64,000 nucleotides of DNA. Origin: Vulcanimicrobiota bacterium. GTDB lineage: Bacteria > Vulcanimicrobiota > Vulcanimicrobiia > Eremiobacterales > Eremiobacteraceae. Position numbers and translations under genes: made by a program. Below the pieces are notes generated by a model that was not told the origin of the DNA, did no database searches, and saw only the letters and a list, made by a program, of their open reading frames with translations. The stretch spans positions 512,001 to 576,000 of the forward strand of contig CAWDVP010000002.1 in NCBI GenBank assembly GCA_963805945.1, in the 5' to 3' direction. The number at the start of each line of letters is the position of its first letter. The stretch's first letter is position 1. Shown piece by piece: positions 10,154-19,132 of this stretch.

Positions 10154-11359
10154 ATGCGTCTCGTCACCTTCGTGGCGGCGGCCATCGCAGGCGCCGCCCT
10201 CCCCGCGCTCGCGCTGGCGGATCAGGCCGCGCCCTCGGCGACGCCTGTAGCCAGCCCGACGCCGCTCACCAGCCACGCTGCGGCCTCACCGACCCCGACG
10301 CCGACACCAACGCCGTCGCCCTCGCCGGCGGTCCAGTTGCACGGCGTGCTCAGCGCGACCGAGGTGTTCACCAGCGGCGTCAACGCGACCGGCAGCTTCG
10401 ACACGCCGACCGGCGCCGACGTCCCCGCGCGCTTCAACGTCAGCAACGCGTTCGCGATACTGACCAAGAACCAAGGCACGCTGCAATACGCTTTGCAAGC
10501 CGGCGCGTACAGCATTCCGGTGGTCGGCTTCGCGGGCAACAAGACGATCGCGACGAACGCGAACACCGGCTTGTACGGCCCGGTGCCGCTCGCATACCTC
10601 GAATATGTGCCGAGCTCGAGCTTCAACGTCAGCGCGGGCATCCTGGCTACGTTGACGGGCGCCGAATCCACTTTCACCTATGAGGATTGGAATATCCAGC
10701 GCGGCGCCGTGTGGAACGTGGAAAACGCAGTCAGCCGCGGCGTGCGCATGAATTTCACCACGGGCAAGCTCACGGTCACCGCTGGTGCGAACGACGGATT
10801 CTGGTCGGGCAAATGGATCGCGGCGGAAGGTGCGCTCAACTACGTGCCGGACTCAAACGAATCGCTGCTATTCGTGGCGCTCGTGCCGAACGCCCAGACG
10901 CCGCCGAACCCCACCGCGTCGGTCGCCAACAAACAGCTGCTCAACCTCGTGTATTCGCGCACGATGGGAAACGTGCAGATCGAACCATACGTGTTATGGA
11001 CGCAGTCACCGGCCGCTGCAGGCCTCGGCTACACCAGCTCCGAGAGCGCGTTCGGCGCGGCGCTGCTAGCTAACCTGACCCTCTCGAGCAAGTGGTCGAC
11101 GGCACTGCGCTACGAGACCTTGCACAACTCGAGCATGCCGGGCGCCACCAGTCTCAATGCAGACCTCGTCGGGTACGGACCGGGTAGCGGCGTCAACACG
11201 TTGACACTGACGCCTGAGTGGAAGAACGGGCCGCTCTTCGCGCGGGTCGATCTTTCAGAAGCGTGGCCAGGCTATTACACGCCAGGGCTGGCGTTCGGCA
11301 CCGGGGGCACGGGCAACAGTCAGTTCCGCACCGTCCTCGAGTTCGGCGTCCAGCTCTAA
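10154..11359 (+). CDS. Outer-membrane beta-barrel porin of the type often found after kdpC
   Basis: Signal peptide, Pro/Thr linker, amphipathic beta strands, GAESTFTYEDWNI motif. Confidence 0.7.
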   Translation: MRLVTFVAAAIAGAALPALALADQAAPSATPVASPTPLTSHAAASPTPTPTPTPSPSPAVQLHGVLSATEVFTSGVNATGSFDTPTGADVPARFNVSNAFAILTKNQGTLQYALQAGAYSIPVVGFAGNKTIATNANTGLYGPVPLAYLEYVPSSSFNVSAGILATLTGAESTFTYEDWNIQRGAVWNVENAVSRGVRMNFTTGKLTVTAGANDGFWSGKWIAAEGALNYVPDSNESLLFVALVPNAQTPPNPTASVANKQLLNLVYSRTMGNVQIEPYVLWTQSPAAAGLGYTSSESAFGAALLANLTLSSKWSTALRYETLHNSSMPGATSLNADLVGYGPGSGVNTLTLTPEWKNGPLFARVDLSEAWPGYYTPGLAFGTGGTGNSQFRTVLEFGVQL

Positions 11360-11372
11360 AGCCGCTAGCGCG

Positions 11373-13535
11373 TCAGGGCGCCGGATCCGGTGGAGCCAGC
11401 ACCAGCAGTTCTCGCGCACCAGCTTCGAGCACCCGACGCGCGAATGTGGGACCGCGGGGCCAGCGCGGCGTCGCGCGCGCGCCTTCGACGGCGATCAACG
11501 CGTTGCGCTCGCGCGCGAGCGGCACGATGGCTTTGGCGGCATCGGCCGCGCTCGCGTAGACCCAGCGTGCCTGCACCGCTTCCGCGGCGGCCTTGAGCTC
11601 GGCCAACACCTCGGGCGGGGTCACGCGCCCTTTCTGCTGGATATGCACGACCGAATACTCCGCGTCGAAACGCGAGCACAGCTTGGCGCCCCGATAGATG
11701 AGCTTCACGTCGCGCTCGCGCGGCCCGACGCCGAGCATGAATGCGGTGACCGGCGGCGGCGGCGGTTCGAGCGTGCTCGTGCGCACCGTCTCGCGCAGCG
11801 CGAGCTCGCGCAGCGCGGCGAGATTCTCGGTGCGGAAGAAATTCGACAACGACGCCTCGACTCGGCTCGTCGGGTAGATGAGGCCGGCGCGCAGGCGCTC
11901 GCGCAGGATCTCGGGCGAGACGTCGATCAAGATGAGGTCGTCCGCCATCCCGAGGATCCAATCGGGTAGCGTCTCGCGCACCGTGACGCCGGTGAGACGC
12001 GTCACCGAGTCGCCGAGCCCCTCGAGATGCTGGACGTTGAGGGTGGAGAGCACCGAGATGCCGGCGGCTTGGATCGCGAAGACATCCATGTAGCGTTTCG
12101 TCGATGCGCTGCCCGGCGCGTTCGTATGCGCTAGCTCGTCGACGAGCACCACCTGCGGATGGCGCGCGATGATCGCATCGCGGTCCATCTCTTCGTAGGT
12201 GATGCCGCCGGAGACGCTGATCTTGCGCGGCACGACTTCGAGCCCCTCGAGTTTGCGCGCGGTCTCCGCGCGGTTGTGCGTCTCCACGTAGCCGACGACC
12301 ACGTCGACGCCCGCCTCTTTGAGCTGATGACCGCGATCGAGCATCGCGTAGGTCTTGCCGCTCCCGGCGGCCGAGCCGAGATAGATGGTGAATCTGCCGT
12401 AGGCGCTGCGCAGCTTGTTCTCGCCGGGCGCGCCGGCCGCCGCCTCGCTCGCCGTCGCGCCGGCCGCCGCACCGCTCGGCGTTGCGCTCGCCACCAATAT
12501 ATCGCGGTCGACGCCGCGGCTCAGCAGCGTGCGCGCCAGATCGCCGGGGGGTATTGCGATGAGCGCCCCAGAGAGCGACTCGACGTGCGGCGCCGACCCG
12601 CCGCCGGCGGGCCAAGCAACGCTCTTGGCACCGACCTTCGCTGCTGCGGCTTCGCACGTGTCGCGATCCATGTCCGGCTCGCACGCGACCTCGACGAGCA
12701 GGTCGAACACGGATGCGATCGACGCGACGCGCTTCAGATATGCGTTCGCATCGACGCCTTTGGTGAGCAGCGCGACGACGGTCGACACTTGGGTCGGCGC
12801 GACTTCCGGTATGGTGAAATCGTCGACCAGACGCAACATGAGCTCGCGCATCGCGGTGAGCGAGGCGAGCCGGAACGGCCCGGCGAGGGCGCGGTCGATA
12901 TCTTCCGGCCGCACGATCTTGCCTTCGCGCAGGCGGGCTTGCAATTGCTCCGGCGACACGTCGACGGCGACGAGCTGGTCGACGTGCTTGATGAACGACA
13001 TGGGCACGATCTCGCGGACAGGGAAGCCGATGATGCGCTCCGCCGTCGGCGCGACTGATTCCACGTGCTGTACGTTGACCGCGCCGAGCACGCCGATGCC
13101 GTCCTTGACCAGCGCGGCCGCGTCCTGCCAGCGCTTCGCATGGCGCGAGCCCGGCAGATTCGCGTGCGCAAGCTCGTCCAGCACGACGATGTCGGGCTTC
13201 GCCGCAAGCGCCGCGCCGTAGTCGAACTCTTCAAAGGTCGAGCCGGCCAGCGTCACCTCGCGTGGCGCGATGCGCGGCAAGCTGGCGGCGAGCTCCTCTA
13301 GATCAGGCCTGCCCTTGGTCTCAAGCGCGCCGATGTACACGCGCCGGCCGGTCTTGCGCAGCGCCAAGGCGTCCTCGACCATGCGGCGGGTCTTGCCGGC
13401 ACCTGGCGCGATGCCGAGGTACACGCGCAGGCGCGGGCCGAGGCTGATGTCGGAGAGCAACGCATCGGCGGCTTTGGTGCGGGAGTCAGTCGCATCCACA
13501 GCGTTGCACGTTCGCCTAGTCCGCTGCACGCCCAT
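11373..13535 (-). CDS. kdpD: Soluble tandem KdpD sensor protein (KdpD-Usp-like twice; no TM or kinase domain)
   Basis: Two copies of YLG.A.G.GKT ... DELAH.N.PGS...KR..D ... NVQH.E; likely start GTG 13499. Confidence 0.9.
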   Translation of the reverse strand: MGVQRTRRTCNAVDATDSRTKAADALLSDISLGPRLRVYLGIAPGAGKTRRMVEDALALRKTGRRVYIGALETKGRPDLEELAASLPRIAPREVTLAGSTFEEFDYGAALAAKPDIVVLDELAHANLPGSRHAKRWQDAAALVKDGIGVLGAVNVQHVESVAPTAERIIGFPVREIVPMSFIKHVDQLVAVDVSPEQLQARLREGKIVRPEDIDRALAGPFRLASLTAMRELMLRLVDDFTIPEVAPTQVSTVVALLTKGVDANAYLKRVASIASVFDLLVEVACEPDMDRDTCEAAAAKVGAKSVAWPAGGGSAPHVESLSGALIAIPPGDLARTLLSRGVDRDILVASATPSGAAAGATASEAAAGAPGENKLRSAYGRFTIYLGSAAGSGKTYAMLDRGHQLKEAGVDVVVGYVETHNRAETARKLEGLEVVPRKISVSGGITYEEMDRDAIIARHPQVVLVDELAHTNAPGSASTKRYMDVFAIQAAGISVLSTLNVQHLEGLGDSVTRLTGVTVRETLPDWILGMADDLILIDVSPEILRERLRAGLIYPTSRVEASLSNFFRTENLAALRELALRETVRTSTLEPPPPPVTAFMLGVGPRERDVKLIYRGAKLCSRFDAEYSVVHIQQKGRVTPPEVLAELKAAAEAVQARWVYASAADAAKAIVPLARERNALIAVEGARATPRWPRGPTFARRVLEAGARELLVLAPPDPAP

Positions 13536-13560
13536 TCACGGGCGCATGGAAGCCGCGACC

Positions 13561-14127
13561 CTAGCAACCAGCGGCGCAGCTGATTACGCCCATCAAGGCG
13601 GCGCTTATAGCGGCGACAAGAAGCCCGGATACGAAGACGGCGAGGAAATACAGCGTCCTTGACTTGATTGCTATATGGAAAAGCATCCAGCTGATCAAGG
13701 TGGTCACCACAGCGCATGGCGCAAGAATTGCGAGCGCTATTGACAGGACACCACCCATTAGGCCGAGGCTTCCGCTAAAGGCCTCCGTGTTGGTCGTAAC
13801 CGCAAGGCCTATGGGTAGAGCTATGAGTGCAGCTAATACGGCTCTCTTCGCATCCGCGATTCCCGCGAACGCTGTTCTTCCGATGAACAGAAGTGAGGCT
13901 ATTGTGGCGACAAAGATCCACAACACCAGAATCGTGAATATAGTCGCGTCACGCTCATAGTGGATGCCAAACGAGGGCATCACGAGACCCAGGACCGCTG
14001 CAGTCCCATTTTGCGTCAGTGCGAACAAGAGGATTGATAACCACTGACCTCGGCTAAGATTGCGAAAACCAAACGGATCAGTTGGTCGGCCAGCGCCTTG
14101 TTGTTGCATCTTTTTGTCTACCGACAT
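13561..14127 (-). CDS. Putative immunity protein 3, polytopic membrane protein
   Basis: About five hydrophobic helices; overlaps the stop of tip 3. Confidence 0.6.
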   Translation of the reverse strand: MSVDKKMQQQGAGRPTDPFGFRNLSRGQWLSILLFALTQNGTAAVLGLVMPSFGIHYERDATIFTILVLWIFVATIASLLFIGRTAFAGIADAKRAVLAALIALPIGLAVTTNTEAFSGSLGLMGGVLSIALAILAPCAVVTTLISWMLFHIAIKSRTLYFLAVFVSGLLVAAISAALMGVISCAAGC

Positions 14128-14989
14128 TCACAAGCTGAACTAGGAAGCCGAGGAAGAGAAGTAGATTGTCGGCGTGGCCCGGGTGCGAAGAATTCTGGAG
14201 GAACCGGCCGATCCGTGCCCGGCTTCCAGTGAGGCAGCGCAGAAGCTACGTCGCTTCCGTTGAGGCCCACATAATATGCAAGCCCCGTAACGAAGCCACC
14301 GCTGTTGCGAGCTATTTCTGACGGTATCTCAGCGAGGTACGAGGAGAGGTCGAGAACGGGAAGGCCCGCGTATGGCTCAACGCCGTTCGGATAGTTGGCT
14401 ACCGCTTTGCGAAGCGCAAGGTCCAAAGCTTGGTCTCCCCCAACCCGCTTGGAGTCTACTGGTGCTAGGTCTAGCCAAGGTTGATCCAAGTCGGCATTAG
14501 GTACGAAGTCAAGAGTCCACGTTGGGCCATGACGGATAACCTCACCGCTGATAGTTTGGACCGAAGCGAAACACGGGCCTCGATAATCCTTTCCAAATCT
14601 CTTGATAACATCGAATGGATCGAGAATGAAAAAGATGTGGCGAGCCGTAAAAGGCGCGAAAACACCTCTGAGTAGGCTTACCCTGTGGCCCCCGACATAT
14701 GTGGTTAGCCCTGTGGGATCAGCCAGGTTGGCTGGACCGTCGCCTCCATACTCGTAGACTCCCAGGCCTCCATTCAGCCCAACCGGGTCAGCTTCCGAAT
14801 ACCTACCCCATCCCGGCCGATACCAGCGGAAGTTGTTATAGCTTCGCTCGGTCAGCCCGTTAGCGCCAGTGTCGAATTGCTCTGCCACCTGCCCCGGTAG
14901 CCGCAGCGGCTGATGTACGTCGCCGCCCGCAGCGCCCACACCTTGCCGTACGGCTCGGTCTCCATCCTCCAATACACGTTTGCGGACAA
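14118..14989 (-). CDS. Orphan Rhs cassette 3 (core end plus toxin tip 3), 1-nt indel at about 14928
   Basis: PLRLPGQ...YNNFRWY...DPTG; homology to the other Rhs copies starts at the dyad site. Confidence 0.85.
14962..14989 (-). other. Putative recombination site 3 (TTGTCCGCAAA-CGTGTA-TTGGAGGATGG)
   Basis: Inverted relative to sites 1 and 2; marks the 5' boundary of cassette 3. Confidence 0.7.
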
Positions 14990-15046
14990 ACCCGCCCGCA
15001 GCAGTGTGGCCGAAGATATCACCTCAGATCAGTGCAATCGTTCTCT

Positions 15047-15424
15047 TCATTGGGTTATCGAGCTCTTGACAACGATCCATTTGCGCGAATCAATCACATA
15101 CGCGTGACTACCACCAAATACGACTCTTGCTGAGGGCGCGTCCTTGTAGCGAACCACGACCTCAAATGTCGTCGGTCCCTCATAGATCCGAAAGGAGATC
15201 CGCTTTACATCGATGTCCGCGGCTGACTTCTTCTCCTCCTCAAGAAAACGCGAATATGCTATCTCAAGAGCTCTTAGCTCACTCCCCGACAGTGCGATCG
15301 GATTAAGCCTATTGGTCGGTTCGATTGATGAATGGGTATACGTTGAAACCTCGCTCGGGGAGCAAGCAGAAAGCATCGCCAATACCACGAGCGTTACCAA
15401 GAGAACGGCTCTTCCTATCGTCAT
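15047..15424 (-). CDS. Putative immunity lipoprotein 4
   Basis: Signal peptide with lipobox LSAC; follows tip 4. Confidence 0.7.
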   Translation of the reverse strand: MTIGRAVLLVTLVVLAMLSACSPSEVSTYTHSSIEPTNRLNPIALSGSELRALEIAYSRFLEEEKKSAADIDVKRISFRIYEGPTTFEVVVRYKDAPSARVVFGGSHAYVIDSRKWIVVKSSITQ

Positions 15425-15436
15425 CGCATCCTCTAA

Positions 15437-16339
15437 CTAAGGGCATCCGCAATGAAGAAGAGATGGAGAATAGTTTTTGGCGTTCCACCACGATCGACGC
15501 GAATCCATAAACTGTCCCCACGACATGTTTGCGTCATCCATTTGATCTGCTAGCCCAGGGATTTGTGGGTCAACCGGCAACCACGGAGGGCCAATCCAGT
15601 TCCGCAACTTGAACCTTCCGGCCCGTGCTAACTGAACCAATATGTTGTGGCTTGCAGAAAAGGCATTCCTCTCCTCTAGAGTTGTAGGCTCCCCGTTCAC
15701 GACGTGACTGGAAGAGAAATACGAATTGCTGTACGCTTTCCATTGTGCGAAGCACCGGGAGTGATGGTAAGCGTGGTAGAATTCGTGTGCCAACTCGGAA
15801 TATATTAGTTCGTTCCCCCGGTTACCAAACTGTGTTCTTATGCCTAGCTCGCTTTCTGTACCACCAAACACCTGGACATCAGCGTTGAACTCTCCGTCGT
15901 CAAGACCGAGGTCGTCCAAATGATAGAGCTCGGGCGCGTTCAGAACCTGATTGTAGTACATGCTGAAAATCGGACTGTCTTGCAGCAACAGATTAATATA
16001 GGGCTGCAGCGAGGTCGGAGTGCCGCCATCAAATCGAAGCCCGAGCGAGTCGCTGCGCATCGAGGGATTGCCGCCTGCGAATTCGTAGGCATTTAGTCCT
16101 CCCGTTATTCCAATCGGATCTTCCTGCGAGTATATCCCCCAGCCGGGCCGGTACCAACGGAAGTTGTTGTAGCTACGCTCCGTCGCGCCGTTGGCACCTG
16201 TGTCGAATTGCTCGGCCACCTGACCCGGCAATCGCAGCGGCTGGTGCACGTCCCCCGCCCGAAGCGCCCACACCTTGCCGTAAGGTTCGTTCTCTATCCT
16301 ATAATACACGTTTGAGGACATAGACGTCCCGAAAGACAT
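15437..16339 (-). CDS. Orphan Rhs cassette 4 with HExxH metallopeptidase-like tip
   Basis: Intact core end (EPYGK...DSLG), then ELAHEFYHAY and downstream EERNA. Confidence 0.85.
   Translation of the reverse strand: MSFGTSMSSNVYYRIENEPYGKVWALRAGDVHQPLRLPGQVAEQFDTGANGATERSYNNFRWYRPGWGIYSQEDPIGITGGLNAYEFAGGNPSMRSDSLGLRFDGGTPTSLQPYINLLLQDSPIFSMYYNQVLNAPELYHLDDLGLDDGEFNADVQVFGGTESELGIRTQFGNRGNELIYSELAHEFYHAYHHSRCFAQWKAYSNSYFSSSHVVNGEPTTLEERNAFSASHNILVQLARAGRFKLRNWIGPPWLPVDPQIPGLADQMDDANMSWGQFMDSRRSWWNAKNYSPSLLHCGCP
16294..16321 (-). other. Putative recombination site 4 (ATGTCCTCAAA-CGTGTA-TTATAGGATAG)
   Basis: Inverted relative to sites 1 and 2; marks the 5' boundary of cassette 4. Confidence 0.7.
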
Positions 16340-17193
16340 TACCGCGTGCCGAAGTGGTACGTGATGAGATAGTCGAGCGGAATCGCCGCCCCATCGAACT
16401 GCGGTTCGCTGTAGACCGTCTGCCGGCCGGCCGCAAGGGCGGCATCATCCAAAACGGGATAGCCCGACGAGTGCACGACCCGCGCGCCGTAGATCGCGCC
16501 GTGCGCGCCCACCGTGACCGCGATGACTGTGACGCCTTTGTGCCCGAGTTGCGCTTGGTCTCCTGGATATGAAGCGGCGGCGCTATGAAGCACTTGCGCC
16601 TCGGTGACCGGGCGCAGATAGAGCAGGTCGCTGCCTGAGATCGCGCTATCGTCGAACGAGCTCTGCGGGCTGGTCGGCGCCTGCGTGACGATGCGGACCG
16701 GCGACGCGCACGTGAGCAGCACGTCCTTCACGCCGTGCACGATCACCTGATGGACGCTGATGCCTTGGGCGCCTACCGCCCGCGGCACCGCCACGACATA
16801 ATGCACGAGCGTCTCACTGCCCCCCGCAGGACCGATGACCGGCGTCAACACGTTATCCTCGAGTCCCGGGATCCTCAGCGTCGCCGACACCGGGTTCGTG
16901 CCCTCGAGCAGCAGCGCGATCGCGAAGCGATCAACGTGCCCAGTCGAGCCGTGGCCGACCAGGGCGAACGCGGGAGCGTGCAGTGGGCATGGATCGACCA
17001 AAGGCGTGGGCGACGTGCTGGGACGTCGCGTGGGTGCGCTGGTCGGAAGGACCAACGGCACTCGCGGCGTCGGTGCCGGGGTCGGCGGCGGTGACGTCGG
17101 GTCTCCGGCGGCCTTCGTCGCCCAGAGAAACACGATGAAGAGAAAGGCGCCCCACAGCCGCAAACCCGAGCTTCGCTCGGGCACTACATTCAC
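16339..17193 (-). CDS. TonB C-terminal domain protein
   Basis: N-terminal TM/signal, Pro-rich linker, YP..A..GHKG and SSGYPVLDDAAL. Confidence 0.75.
   Translation of the reverse strand: MNVVPERSSGLRLWGAFLFIVFLWATKAAGDPTSPPPTPAPTPRVPLVLPTSAPTRRPSTSPTPLVDPCPLHAPAFALVGHGSTGHVDRFAIALLLEGTNPVSATLRIPGLEDNVLTPVIGPAGGSETLVHYVVAVPRAVGAQGISVHQVIVHGVKDVLLTCASPVRIVTQAPTSPQSSFDDSAISGSDLLYLRPVTEAQVLHSAAASYPGDQAQLGHKGVTVIAVTVGAHGAIYGARVVHSSGYPVLDDAALAAGRQTVYSEPQFDGAAIPLDYLITYHFGTR
17165..17187 (-). repeat. REP-like palindrome family B (GTAGTGCCCGAGCGAAGCTCGGG)
   Basis: GTAG head plus hairpin; related copies at 23927 and 35205. Confidence 0.7.
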
Positions 17194-18053
17194 GCCGTCG
17201 TGTTCGTGTTATGCAGCAGCAATACCCCGGCCATCGGGCCGCTGCGCCGTTGCGCCTCCGCGCGCCACATGCCGGGATTGAAGAACCGGAACAGCCCCGC
17301 CAGCGGGAACTCCCGCTTGAAGCGCTGACCCTCGATGATGCCGGCGCGGTATTCGCCGATGCTCCAGCCGTGTGCGGCGAAGAACGCCGCAGCGTCCTCC
17401 GGCGCGAACTTGAACGTCGCCCCGCCGGCGTCAACGTTCTTGCCCCAGGCCCGTTTCATCATCTTGAGCACGAACGGTGAGGCGATGTCGGTGAGCCAAT
17501 GCTTAATGCTGGGTTGAGCGGCGAGGTCGTCGGCCAGCGCGGCCACATCGGCAGCCCCCAGATAAAGGAGCAGCCCTTCGCTGATGACGAGCACGCGGCG
17601 ATTGTCCGCGGCGACGCGCGCGAACAGCTGGCGACGCGCAGCGCCATCAGCGAGATCGAGGGGAATGCGTTCGAGCCGGCAACGCGGCGTCTGGTCGCGC
17701 AGCACCTGGGCTTTGTAATCGAGCGACACGGCGAAATCCACGTCGATCCACTTCAGTTGCGCGGGCAGCGCGAGCCGATATGGCCGCGCGTCGAGCCCGG
17801 CCGCGAGATTGAGGACCGCATCGACCTCGGGCGCGAGCCGCAGCACGATCTCGTCCATGACCGCGGTGCGTACCACCATCGGCCAGCCGTACTCGCGCGC
17901 GCGCGGCATCTCGTCGACGATGCTGCGCCCCTTCTCACCGGCGAGCGCGCGCGCATACGGGTCGTTGAAGATCGCGTCCGGGCGCTCGGACTCGAGGGCG
18001 CGGTAGTAAGCGACCCAATAAGCGGTATCCTGAACCGACACAGCCCGCCGCAT
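17190..18053 (-). CDS. Class I SAM-dependent methyltransferase (LCM-like)
   Basis: RALES..D..F.DPYA, LAAGLDARPYRL and SEGLL.YL. Confidence 0.9.
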   Translation of the reverse strand: MRRAVSVQDTAYWVAYYRALESERPDAIFNDPYARALAGEKGRSIVDEMPRAREYGWPMVVRTAVMDEIVLRLAPEVDAVLNLAAGLDARPYRLALPAQLKWIDVDFAVSLDYKAQVLRDQTPRCRLERIPLDLADGAARRQLFARVAADNRRVLVISEGLLLYLGAADVAALADDLAAQPSIKHWLTDIASPFVLKMMKRAWGKNVDAGGATFKFAPEDAAAFFAAHGWSIGEYRAGIIEGQRFKREFPLAGLFRFFNPGMWRAEAQRRSGPMAGVLLLHNTNTTA

Positions 18054-18064
18054 CCTCTTCGCGC

Positions 18065-19132
18065 CTACTCTTCGGCGAGCGCTGCTTCGAACAGCAGGTT
18101 GCGCGAGGGATCGTCGAGACTATAGTGCACCAGCTCGGCTTCCGTGCGCGACTCGGCGGGCAGCGCCCAGTGGCGGACCGGTTGACCAGTCTTGTCGATG
18201 AAGCTCGCCGCGATGCCGAGCGGCGTTGCGCTGCGCACGAGGCGCAGCGCCGCTTTGGAATGCGAGTGGTAGAGGACCACCGATTCGATGCGGCCGCTGC
18301 CCGCCTCATCCGTCTTGCGCGGCACGATGCGCGTGTGGCCGCGCAGCGCCGGCATGCGGTTGATCGCCCAGCCCGCGAACAGCGACGCGCGCGCGCTGTG
18401 CGGCGTCGGGTCCGCATCCGCGGTCTGATAGAAGATCTCGCAGCGATCGGTTGTGCTCAGCGCGGCGGTGACCGCCGGATCGTCGAAGCATGCCGCCACG
18501 GCTTGGCGCCACGGCAAGATGCGCTTCCAATTGAGATCGGCCACCGCGACGTGCCCCTCGCGCTTCGCCGCCAGCCGGCGCACTGTGTCGAGGCTCGCGC
18601 TCGTGTCGCCGAAGCGCTGCGAGTCGACGATGATCTTGTCGGCAAACGGCGCGACGAGTTTGAACAGCGCGTTGCCGAACGGCGATGGCCCGCGCCACCA
18701 CAGATACACCGGCATGTCGGCCGCCAGCAACCCGTACACGGCGGACGCCGCGCGCTCCGGCGTGCGCGGGTTGGTGCGTAAGAAGACCTCTTCGCTGCAC
18801 GTCGGCGCGCCGCGGCTCGAGAGCGCGCAGCCGGCCAAGATGTACGACTCGACCTCCTCGCGCTCCATCGAATCGTCGTCGACGACGGTGATCGCGCGGA
18901 CCGGATGCGCCGCGGCGAGTTGCCCGATGATGGCCGACACCACCGGCGCGGCGGCGAGCTCGTCGGCGAAGGTGATGAGATTGAGACTGCTCGAGCGCGA
19001 GCCCGCGCCCGGATAATCGCGCATGATCGCGCGCCAGCGATTCGCCAGCGCTGTTGATACGTCGGCGACCGCGACCGCCTCGAGCCCCGCCGTCCACGGG
19101 CCGCCCGGGGCGCCGTTCGTTCCGGCCGTCAT
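18065..19132 (-). CDS. opcA: Glucose-6-phosphate dehydrogenase assembly protein OpcA
   Basis: HPVRAI, CSEEV, LLAADMPVYLWW and DLNWKRI.PWR; downstream of zwf. Confidence 0.85.
   Translation of the reverse strand: MTAGTNGAPGGPWTAGLEAVAVADVSTALANRWRAIMRDYPGAGSRSSSLNLITFADELAAAPVVSAIIGQLAAAHPVRAITVVDDDSMEREEVESYILAGCALSSRGAPTCSEEVFLRTNPRTPERAASAVYGLLAADMPVYLWWRGPSPFGNALFKLVAPFADKIIVDSQRFGDTSASLDTVRRLAAKREGHVAVADLNWKRILPWRQAVAACFDDPAVTAALSTTDRCEIFYQTADADPTPHSARASLFAGWAINRMPALRGHTRIVPRKTDEAGSGRIESVVLYHSHSKAALRLVRSATPLGIAASFIDKTGQPVRHWALPAESRTEAELVHYSLDDPSRNLLFEAALAEE

Noticed and set aside
10230..10330. CCGACG-type tandem repeats
   Set aside because: They encode a Pro/Thr linker of the porin, not a DNA repeat element
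1..16339. Integron, prophage or transposon explanation for the cassette array
   Set aside because: No integrase, attC-like hairpins, transposase or terminal repeats seen
1..16339. Diversity-generating retroelement for the repeated Rhs segments
   Set aside because: No reverse transcriptase, and differences between copies are not adenine-specific
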